DNA from: Erysipelotrichaceae bacterium OH741_COT-311
Lineage (GTDB): Bacteria; Bacillota_I; Bacilli_A; Erysipelotrichales; Erysipelotrichaceae
Assembly (NCBI GenBank): GCA_003858585.1
Contig: RQZE01000003.1
Location: forward strand, 60,001-92,000
Length of the DNA: 32,000 bases
Direction of reading: 5' to 3'
Position numbers and translations under genes: made by a program. The notes below the pieces were generated by a model, which saw nothing but the letters and a program-made list of their open reading frames with translations, had not been told where the DNA came from and ran no database searches. This document shows, in pieces, positions 1-7,234 of the stretch. Numbering within the stretch: position 1 is the first letter of the stretch; every line of letters starts with the position of its first letter.

Positions 1-656
1 TTTGCTTTAAAAATCATAAGTATAATAGTATTTTATTGCTTGTGTTGTTATTGTTAATACCTTTTGCATCAAATGTTATATTGATTTTTTCGGATATTAA
101 AACATTGTTTTATCATATATTAATGACACATCACTATGTGTTGATTGTTATATTTCCTTTAACGTTTATTAAAATTAAAAATATTAAATTAAATAATTTA
201 GTGATGCTTTCTACTGTTTTAATAGTATTTAATTACTTTATTGTAGCAAACGTAGCGTACTTCAATATGCAACAAAAATATGAAAAAAGTTATGCATTAG
301 CGTTGAGAGTGATTGATCGTATGGAGCAAACAGGTTGCTCTCTTTCAGAATCAAAAGTACTTTTCACAACAAAACTATTTGGCAATCCTAACACTTACTT
401 TTCGCAAGAGACTTCACGAAGTGTAACAGAGCGTTTAAAAGGTGCTGAAGGAAATCATATTTTAGTAACACCATTTCATTTTCAACAATTTGCGAAACAT
501 TATATAGGAATTGATCTAGATATTTATACTGAAGATGAAATTGATGGTATAGTAAAACAGTTAAATATTAAAGATATGCCTCAATGGCCACATAAAGATT
601 CTATTCAGTGTATTGATAATAATACGATTGTGATAAATTTTATTGGAAAGCAATAG
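1..656 (+). CDS. C-terminal part of a polytopic membrane protein whose 5' end lies outside the window; possibly a GtrII-like / GT-C-type glucosyltransferase
   Basis: The frame is open from nt 3 to the TAA at 654-656, with no in-frame stop upstream of the TTG at 36, so the gene begins left of the window. The translated part has hydrophobic helices followed by a ~130-aa soluble tail. The family suggestion rests only on my recollection of similar C-termini. Confidence 0.55.
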   Translation, partial: CFKNHKYNSILLLVLLLLIPFASNVILIFSDIKTLFYHILMTHHYVLIVIFPLTFIKIKNIKLNNLVMLSTVLIVFNYFIVANVAYFNMQQKYEKSYALALRVIDRMEQTGCSLSESKVLFTTKLFGNPNTYFSQETSRSVTERLKGAEGNHILVTPFHFQQFAKHYIGIDLDIYTEDEIDGIVKQLNIKDMPQWPHKDSIQCIDNNTIVINFIGKQ

Positions 657-663
657 GTGTATA

Positions 664-1713
664 ATGATGAAACACAAAGTTAAATATGATTTATTGAGAG
701 TTTTTGCAATTTTTGGAGTTATTGTTATTCACATAACTGCATATCCATATAACTATGGGGATGTATACACTATAACTTGGAAAATCGCTAATACATATAA
801 TACGTTTTTTAGGTGGACAGTTCCTGTGTTTTTCATGTTAAGTGGAGCTCTATTACTCAATAAAGAAAAAATAAATTTTAAATTATTTATGTCTAAATAT
901 ATTTTGAAATATTTGGGTATTTTTATCTTGTTTACTGTCTTATATGCAATTGCAGAATTAAAACCTATTACATCAATATTTGCTGAAAATAGATGGAAAT
1001 TTATTTTTCTTTTATTCAATTATAAATATCATTTATGGTTTTTAATCACTATGATCGGTGTATATTTGTTATATCCTATATTTATGGCATTGAAAAAATA
1101 TGAAAATGGAAAATATGTAATTTATTACTGTGTGTTATTTTTTGTGTTTGGAATTCTATCTTATTCTATAAAAACAATAAATTTTGAAGGTGTTTTGGAG
1201 TATATACCAACTTTATTTTCTAATTTCAATTACGAACTTTTCGGATACAGCGGTTATTTTTTAACTGGATATTATTTAAGTAATTTCCATTTTCCAAAAG
1301 CTAAAATAAAAATGATAGTCGCATTCTTATTTATTTTTTTGATAACAATTACGCTTTCACAGTATTACGTAAATACACATGGAGTAGTAAGTACGAGTTA
1401 TACTAACTACTTCTTTATTGCCACATACTTGGAATCTATACTTGTTTTTTTAATTTTTAATTCTTTAGAAGGAAATTTAACAACAAAAATAGAAAATATC
1501 TTTATAGAAATGTCATCTGTAACTGTATACGTTTATTTAATGCATGTATTTGTTATAGAATGGATGTTGAAGTATTATCCAAAAACAGTCACACATTATA
1601 ATAATGTCTTAGTTCCATTTTTTTCTTCTTTATTTGTTTTTGGTGTATGTTTCTTAACTGTAACTACCGTAAAAAAATTCTTATGCATATTAAAAAAATA
1701 TATAAGCAATTAA
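664..1713 (+). CDS. Acyltransferase family 3 membrane O-acyl(acetyl)transferase
   Basis: The protein is multi-TM throughout. The N-terminal 'YDLLRVFAIFGVIVIHI' matches the conserved Arg/His block of Acyltransferase_3. AGGTG at 655-659 precedes ATG 664, so I prefer this start over the track's TTG at 643. Confidence 0.85.
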   Translation: MMKHKVKYDLLRVFAIFGVIVIHITAYPYNYGDVYTITWKIANTYNTFFRWTVPVFFMLSGALLLNKEKINFKLFMSKYILKYLGIFILFTVLYAIAELKPITSIFAENRWKFIFLLFNYKYHLWFLITMIGVYLLYPIFMALKKYENGKYVIYYCVLFFVFGILSYSIKTINFEGVLEYIPTLFSNFNYELFGYSGYFLTGYYLSNFHFPKAKIKMIVAFLFIFLITITLSQYYVNTHGVVSTSYTNYFFIATYLESILVFLIFNSLEGNLTTKIENIFIEMSSVTVYVYLMHVFVIEWMLKYYPKTVTHYNNVLVPFFSSLFVFGVCFLTVTTVKKFLCILKKYISN

Positions 1714-1813
1714 TTTTTAGATGTATACCATATAATATCACGGTAGTTGTAGTTAAAGAATAATTTAAATGGGGTCATATATAAAATGAATTTTTATAAT
1801 TTGTAGAAGTTTG

Positions 1814-1843
1814 TTGACTTTTACTTTTGTGCATTGTAAAAAT
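1814..1843 (+). promoter_or_regulatory. Orphan sigma-A-like promoter candidate (TTGACT, 17 nt, TAAAAA(T))
   Basis: TTGACT lies at 1814-1819 and TAAAAA at 1837-1842, with TG at 1835-1836. No + strand ORF follows before the hairpin at 1993-2016. Confidence 0.3.
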
Positions 1844-1992
1844 AATAACGAATATAGTTATATCAAATTTAAAAATAGATAAATTTTTAAAATATATCTA
1901 ATGTAAAGGATTTTGAAAAATATAAAAGTAGCACATAAATAAGAACGATACTGTACACTTATAATTTTCTTGGCCTAATCGTTGCATGTTTT

Positions 1993-2016
1993 AAAGGGTA
2001 GCCTATGCTACCCTTT
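1993..2016. terminator. Stem-loop between convergent genes; a possible weak bidirectional terminator
   Basis: AAAGGGTAGC (1993-2002) pairs with GCTACCCTTT (2007-2016) around a 4-nt CTAT loop. The flanking A/T runs are short, so the U-tract is weak on both strands. Confidence 0.4.
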
Positions 2017-2133
2017 ACTACAATTCTTTTGAGCTAGCCACGCCACTATGATTATTTAACCACAATTTTGATACTCTAATCCACAGGATTTATTATAATG
2101 TCATTATTTTAAAGAAGATTACATATGTAGTTT

Positions 2134-3711
2134 TTAAAATGGTAATAACATATTTATTGTAAATATAACATTCAGTAAAAATGCTCTCATCTTTGTTTCA
2201 TGCATATTAACGACACGAATATTCATATCGTATAATTGTTTGTTTAAGACTTTTTTCATAGCAAGATGGTGTTTATCTTCGATTCGATCTAGTAAGGGGA
2301 TTCTAAATAAAAGGTCTAGAAAGATACGATTGTTATAAACAAATGTTATTTCACTGTAAATACGCATTTCGCTGATGTTTAATCCACCCCAGCTACCCCA
2401 AGTTACTTCGTTGTAATGTAGGTCTGCAGCAGGATACATAGCTGGTACTTTGTCATATTCAAAGTCTTGTATATACTGCTTAAATACTTTGTCTGTTTCT
2501 AAGGCAAGTGGACGATTGAAAATAAAGATTTTATATAAATTTCGATAAAGTTTTGATGATAATTTTGGCATGGATTTTCTTCCATAATGTTTATACCAAT
2601 AGCATCTTATGGTTTCACTTACCCATGATTTCACTTCTACATCACCATCAAATTCTTGCATTAAGGCAACACGTTTACGATATTCATGATCTTTACCTTT
2701 TGCTACATATCCATTATTATGGTCAATAATAGCTTTTATAAGATCGAAGTTTGGATAATCTTCATTTTTTTCTTTGATTGTATACAATTTGTGTGGGACT
2801 TTAAATTCTTTGGAAATTTTTTCTGCTGCTTCAACGTCAATAGTTTCTTTATGAGCGGATAAATAACTAAAGCTTTCGATTTTATCGTATAGACCATTTG
2901 CACATGCAAATGTTGTGTTTGAATCAATACCTCCCGTTAAAGAAATACGTGGTTTATTCCATTTCTGTATGATTAACTGCATATTGTTTTTCAAAATATC
3001 GCTTGCTTGTTGGATGACATTTGCATATTCTTCTTTACTTTTTACTCCTTGTATATTTTGCAAAGGGTAGAAACGTTTATGTTGGATAGTTATTTTGTTG
3101 TAATGGTATTCAATGTTTGGAACAATGCGTTTTATTTCGTTAAATGCGGTTAAATCTGCAGGTAGATAAGGACCCATAACTCGATAATACCATTTATAAT
3201 TGATTAATTTTTCAACATAGTCACTTCTTTTAAGATTTAATAGGTCTCCAATTAGTTGAAAATGAGAAGATAAATAAAATTCATTATTAACCATGCCGCT
3301 ACATGCCGATTGCATACCAGATGGATCCACTTGATAAAATAATTCTCCATTTTTTATATATCCAATTACAAAAACACCTGTTAACTCATCAATAAGACTT
3401 TGTATAGGTTTTTTAACACTTTCTTTAGCAATATATTCTAGGATTTCTTCTTCTTGTACTTGCATTGTAAATGGATTATAACAATGGCCAAGAATAAATA
3501 GAGTTAATGTTTCATTTTTATAGAAATTTAGTTTAGCTTCTTTGTGAACGTAGAAGTAATAGGAATCAATTTCTGTCATACTGAAGTTATCGTACAAAGG
3601 GAATGTATTATTCAGGTCTACTGGTTTCGTTGTAACTAAAAAGGATTTGTAAAACACATATTTTTTTAATTCTGGTTTTTTATTTAATTCTATTTGTATT
3701 TGATGATTCAT
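2134..3711 (-). CDS. Asparagine-synthase-like PP-loop ATP pyrophosphatase (adenylating amide-forming enzyme) lacking the N-terminal Cys nucleophile
   Basis: 'ISLTGGIDSNTTFACANG' is an SGGxDS-type PP-loop. The N-terminal half carries an AsnB-like 'LTGVFVIGYIKNGELFYQVDPSGMQS' block. The protein starts MNHQ, not MC. AAGGAG (CTCCTT at 3717-3722 on +) lies 5 nt upstream of the ATG. Confidence 0.6.
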   Translation of the reverse strand: MNHQIQIELNKKPELKKYVFYKSFLVTTKPVDLNNTFPLYDNFSMTEIDSYYFYVHKEAKLNFYKNETLTLFILGHCYNPFTMQVQEEEILEYIAKESVKKPIQSLIDELTGVFVIGYIKNGELFYQVDPSGMQSACSGMVNNEFYLSSHFQLIGDLLNLKRSDYVEKLINYKWYYRVMGPYLPADLTAFNEIKRIVPNIEYHYNKITIQHKRFYPLQNIQGVKSKEEYANVIQQASDILKNNMQLIIQKWNKPRISLTGGIDSNTTFACANGLYDKIESFSYLSAHKETIDVEAAEKISKEFKVPHKLYTIKEKNEDYPNFDLIKAIIDHNNGYVAKGKDHEYRKRVALMQEFDGDVEVKSWVSETIRCYWYKHYGRKSMPKLSSKLYRNLYKIFIFNRPLALETDKVFKQYIQDFEYDKVPAMYPAADLHYNEVTWGSWGGLNISEMRIYSEITFVYNNRIFLDLLFRIPLLDRIEDKHHLAMKKVLNKQLYDMNIRVVNMHETKMRAFLLNVIFTINMLLPF

Positions 3712-3803
3712 AAAAACTCCTTTATAAATTATGTTAGAATATATAAGTAATATATTAACTTAAATATTATACATCTTTGATGTTAATTTAAAAAGGAGTT
3801 ATC
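3712..3803. promoter_or_regulatory. Divergent promoter region
   Basis: On the + strand there is an extended -10, TGtTAGAAT, at 3732-3740, with GGAG at 3795-3798 before ATG 3804. On the - strand, TATAAT (ATTATA on +) lies at 3766-3771 and TG is adjacent. The -35 elements are weak on both sides. Confidence 0.45.
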
Positions 3804-4403
3804 ATGTATAAATATTTCAAAATAGTACTAGATTATATTTTTGCAATTATACTTACAATTATTTTATTACCTATTTATATTGTGATTTGTATTTTAATCA
3901 AATTAGATTCAAAGGGACCAATTTTATTTCGTCAAAAACGTTTAGGTGTACGTGGAAAAGTCTTTGAAATCTATAAATTTAGAACGATGAAAGTAAACTC
4001 TGAAAAGTATGGTGTATATTCTGGAAAGGATGATCCAAGAGTAACAAAAATAGGTAGTTTTTTAAGAAAAACAAGTTTAGATGAAATTCCTCAATTATGG
4101 AATATTTTAAAAGGCGAAATGTCTTTTGTAGGACCAAGACCTGCATTAACATACCATCCTTGGCCTTTCGAAAAATACACAGAGCATCAAAAACACATGT
4201 TTGATGTAAAACCAGGCATTACAGGTTATGCTCAAGTTAATGGTCGTAAAAACGTACCTTGGCCAGAACGAATTGAAATGAATGTATATTATGTTAACAA
4301 CATGTCTTTTCTTTTAGACTTAAAAATTCTAATAAAAACATTTGTGAAAGTGGCACGCAACGAAGATAATTTTAATGTCAATGAAACAGCACATAAGGAG
4401 TAA
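3804..4403 (+). CDS. Small monotopic priming phosphoglycosyl transferase (bacterial sugar transferase family; PglC/EpsL/WbaP-C-terminal type)
   Basis: The protein has one N-terminal hydrophobic helix. It carries 'ILFRQKRLG', 'YKFRTM', 'DPRVTKIGSFLRKTSLDEIPQLWNILKGEMSFVGPRP' and 'KPGITG' signature blocks. Confidence 0.9.
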   Translation: MYKYFKIVLDYIFAIILTIILLPIYIVICILIKLDSKGPILFRQKRLGVRGKVFEIYKFRTMKVNSEKYGVYSGKDDPRVTKIGSFLRKTSLDEIPQLWNILKGEMSFVGPRPALTYHPWPFEKYTEHQKHMFDVKPGITGYAQVNGRKNVPWPERIEMNVYYVNNMSFLLDLKILIKTFVKVARNEDNFNVNETAHKE

Positions 4404-4408
4404 CCAGT

Positions 4409-5212
4409 ATGATAAAACTAATGTTAATTACAAATAATCCAGAAGTAGCTAAGGTAGCAGATACAACATCCATTGATCGTATTTTCATTGATTTAGAACA
4501 AAATGGTAAAAATCAAAGACAGGCAAATTTGGATACTTTAATTTCTAATCACAAGTTAGAAGATATTAAAGAAGTAAAAAAAGTTTTAAAAAGTACTGAT
4601 GTTTTAGTTCGGCTTAATAGCTTTTATGATCAAACAAAATATGAAGTAGAACAAACTCTTTTGTATGGTGCCGATATTATTATGTTGCCGTATTTTAAAA
4701 CTGCAAAAGAAGTTTTTGATTTTGTTTCTTATGTAGATGGTAGAGCAAGAGTTTGTATTCTTTTAGAGACGAAAGAAGCAGTAGAGTGCTTGGATGATAT
4801 TTTGAAGATTAAAGGCATTGATGAAATACATATCGGTTTGAATGATTTGGCAATCAGTTATGGGTTTAAGTTTATGTTTGAATCTTTACAAAATGGATTG
4901 ATTGAAGAAATTGTTAAAAAAATTAAAAAGAAACATATTTGTTTTGGGATTGGTGGTATTGCAAAGTTAGGCTATGGTTTGGTTCCGGCAGAGTATATTA
5001 TTGCGGAACACTATCGTTTGGGTTCCCAAATTGCGATTTTATCTCGTAGTTTTTATAATGCGAATGTAGATACAATTGAAGATGTAAAACATCATTTGGC
5101 TATTGAAATTGAAAAGATTAGAGCATTTGAGTGTGGTATTTCTAATATGAATTTAGAAGAAAATAAAAAAATATTAGATCAATTGATTTTAAATGTAATT
5201 AAGGAGAATTAA
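4409..5212 (+). CDS. HpcH/HpaI aldolase / citrate-lyase-beta (CitE)-like TIM-barrel enzyme
   Basis: The blocks 'DRIFIDLEQNGK', 'LVRLNS', 'GADIIMLPYFKTAKEV' and 'CILLETKEAVECLDDIL...IDEIHIGLNDLA' follow the HpcH/CitE pattern (DLED-like, VRxN, xLPK-like, IET...G.NDL). AAGGAG precedes the ATG. Confidence 0.65.
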   Translation: MIKLMLITNNPEVAKVADTTSIDRIFIDLEQNGKNQRQANLDTLISNHKLEDIKEVKKVLKSTDVLVRLNSFYDQTKYEVEQTLLYGADIIMLPYFKTAKEVFDFVSYVDGRARVCILLETKEAVECLDDILKIKGIDEIHIGLNDLAISYGFKFMFESLQNGLIEEIVKKIKKKHICFGIGGIAKLGYGLVPAEYIIAEHYRLGSQIAILSRSFYNANVDTIEDVKHHLAIEIEKIRAFECGISNMNLEENKKILDQLILNVIKEN

Positions 5213-5213
5213 T

Positions 5214-6107
5214 ATGAAATTCTTGATAATGAATAACTTTGAAATATCGATTGAAATTGAACAAATACTTAAGGGAAAGTATGAGATTGAATATGTAAAT
5301 GATAATCAAGCATATGGTGGAGACAAACAGTGTATTATAGGTGTTATATGCAATGGATTTTTTAGATACAATGACATTAAAGATTTTCCTAATCTAAAAT
5401 TTATACAGTTGTTAAGTATGGGTATGGATCAAATAGATCTAGAGTATTGCAAAAAACATTTTATTACCGTAAAAAATGCTGGAGATACCTATGCAATACC
5501 TATTGCTGAGTATGTGGTAGGAGCTTTATTGACTTTATTTCGTGGGATTCATCTTCATTTGCATCATCAAAAGGAAAAACAATGGATAAAGATTCGACAG
5601 TTACAAGAATTGAACGAACAAAAAGCTATGATTTTAGGCACAGGTAACATTGGTCGAGAAATTGCAAAACGTTTAAAGGCTTTTAATGTTTATGTATGTG
5701 GTTATAATCAAAGCGGTAAAAAAGTAGATTATTTTGATCAGGTAATTCATCAAGATTTATACGAACATCTTAGTCATTATGATATAGTAGTATGCACGTT
5801 ACCTTTGACAGATAAGACAAATCAAATGATTAATGATGATTTTTTTACACATTGTAAAAATGGAATAGTTTTTGTGAATGTTTCACGTGGACAATTAGTT
5901 GATGAATTATCATTAATTAGAAATATGAAACAAGGGAAAGTTGATAAGGCTATTTTAGATGTATATGAACAAGAACCGTTAAATCCAGAAAGTGAATTAT
6001 ATACATTTAAACATTGTATTTTAAGCCCACACAATTCTTATGTTTCTGCAGGAAATTATCAACGTTTAAAAGCGATTATTGCAAATAATATAAGGAGCAT
6101 TGTATGA
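5214..6107 (+). CDS. D-isomer-specific 2-hydroxyacid dehydrogenase, NAD(P)-binding
   Basis: 'ILGTGNIGREIAKRL' is a GxGxxG motif. 'VNVSRGQLVDE', 'LDVYEQEP' and 'SPHNS' supply the Arg/Glu/His catalytic pattern of this family. Confidence 0.85.
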   Translation: MKFLIMNNFEISIEIEQILKGKYEIEYVNDNQAYGGDKQCIIGVICNGFFRYNDIKDFPNLKFIQLLSMGMDQIDLEYCKKHFITVKNAGDTYAIPIAEYVVGALLTLFRGIHLHLHHQKEKQWIKIRQLQELNEQKAMILGTGNIGREIAKRLKAFNVYVCGYNQSGKKVDYFDQVIHQDLYEHLSHYDIVVCTLPLTDKTNQMINDDFFTHCKNGIVFVNVSRGQLVDELSLIRNMKQGKVDKAILDVYEQEPLNPESELYTFKHCILSPHNSYVSAGNYQRLKAIIANNIRSIV

Positions 6108-7177
6108 CAAAAGTTTTAATTGTCGCATCTGTATTAAGCCATGTGGCTCAATTTCATAAACCTCTTATTGCAATGTTGAAGGATAAAGGTTGTGTAGTAG
6201 ATGTTGTAGCAAGAGATAATTTAAAAGATAAGGATCAACTCCAGTTAGAAAATATTGATCATTTTTTTAATGTCGATTTTTCACGAAACCCATTTACTTT
6301 AAAAAATGTAAAAGCGTATTTTGAATTAAAGAAAATCATTGATGAAAATTCCTATAATATTGTACATTGCAATACTCCTGCAGCTAGTGTTCTTACACGC
6401 CTAGTTCATCCGTTAAAGAGATGTTATCGTTTAATATATACAGCACATGGCTTTCATTTTTATAAAGGTGCAAGTAAGAAGAATTGGCTGATATATTATC
6501 CGATTGAGAAGATACTTTCAAAATTTACTGATGATATTGTGACCATTAATAAAGAAGATTACGCCTGTGCAGTAAATAAATTTTACTGTAATGTTCACTA
6601 TATTAATGGTGTTGGTATCCATACAAAAAGATTTCACCCTAAAAAAGAAGAATCTAAAAATCTAATTCCTCAAATTTTGTGTGTTGGAGAACTTAATGAT
6701 AATAAAAATCAATTATTTTTATTAGAAGCTTTAACAAAAATAAAAGAGACTAGGTATCAATTGCAACTAGCTGGAAATGGTCCCAACAGGGAGAAAATAG
6801 AGCAATTTATTAAAGAGCATAGAATGGAAAATTCTGTAAACTTGCTAGGTTATCGAAGTGATTTGGAATTAATTCTTAAAGATACTGATATTTTGGTAAG
6901 TGTAAGTAAACGTGAAGGATTGCCTATGAATGTGTTAGAAGCTATGTATGTTGGTGTAGCTATTCTTTGTAGTGATAATCGTGGTCATCGAGATTTAATT
7001 GATAATGGAGTTAATGGATTTATTACATACACAATGGATGATTTGGTTGATAAATTAAATTGGTTGATGAAAGATAAAGGGTTAAGAGAACAATTAGCAA
7101 AAAATGCTCATACAAAAGCATTGTTATATACCGATGTTGAAGTTGTCAAACAGTTGGAAAAACTATATAACATATAG
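6104..7177 (+). CDS. GT4 (GT-B fold) glycosyltransferase
   Basis: 'EGLPMNVLEAMYVGVAILCSDNRGHRDLIDNGVNGF' is an E(x7)E region. The start overlaps the upstream stop as ATGA. Confidence 0.85.
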   Translation: MTKVLIVASVLSHVAQFHKPLIAMLKDKGCVVDVVARDNLKDKDQLQLENIDHFFNVDFSRNPFTLKNVKAYFELKKIIDENSYNIVHCNTPAASVLTRLVHPLKRCYRLIYTAHGFHFYKGASKKNWLIYYPIEKILSKFTDDIVTINKEDYACAVNKFYCNVHYINGVGIHTKRFHPKKEESKNLIPQILCVGELNDNKNQLFLLEALTKIKETRYQLQLAGNGPNREKIEQFIKEHRMENSVNLLGYRSDLELILKDTDILVSVSKREGLPMNVLEAMYVGVAILCSDNRGHRDLIDNGVNGFITYTMDDLVDKLNWLMKDKGLREQLAKNAHTKALLYTDVEVVKQLEKLYNI

Positions 7178-7207
7178 CTGACATGCGTGTTATTACAACC
7201 TATTTTA

Positions 7208-7216
7208 TGCTATAAT
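7208..7216 (+). promoter_or_regulatory. Possible internal promoter with an extended -10 (TGcTATAAT)
   Basis: TGCTATAAT lies at 7208-7216 in the only sizeable intergenic gap of the operon (7178-7234). AAGGAAG at 7221-7227 precedes ATG 7235. I saw no convincing -35. Confidence 0.35.
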
Positions 7217-7234
7217 CTTTAAGGAAGTGATAAA

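Noticed and set aside
643-663. N-terminal extensions in the ORF track that begin at TTG codons (643, 9051, 13536, 18008, 25706).
   Set aside because: In every case an in-frame ATG slightly downstream has a better-placed ribosome-binding site or avoids overlap with the preceding gene. The conserved N-terminal family motif also begins right after that ATG. The one exception on the RBS criterion is 25739, which has no SD; it is supported by paralog alignment.
753-1019. Short minus-strand or alternative-frame ORFs from the six-frame track. They are 753-1019, 2736-2927, 5822-6034, 7822-8004, 10140-10340, 10998-11252, 11277-11474, 11732-11986, 18724-18945, 19215-19421, 20453-20680, 21207-21428, 22265-22507, 23907-24134, 24317-24529, 24845-25048 and 30115-30312.
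   Set aside because: Each is embedded in a longer ORF that carries clear family motifs on the other strand or in another frame. They lack Shine-Dalgarno sites and have low-complexity translations typical of AT-rich antisense frames.
2134-3711. The Asn-synthase-like gene as a lasso-peptide cyclase or beta-lactam synthetase of a natural-product cluster.
   Set aside because: No precursor-peptide ORF, transglutaminase-like protease (B protein), ABC exporter or other RiPP/beta-lactam genes flank it. Its only neighbours are glycan genes and a non-coding gap.
6104-6107. Overlapping stop/start junctions as something unusual. These are ATGA at 6104, 10037 and 16271, 8-nt overlaps at 10986 and 28419, and a 35-nt overlap at 19074.
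   Set aside because: These are ordinary translational coupling in a long bacterial operon. They were used only as support for operon structure.
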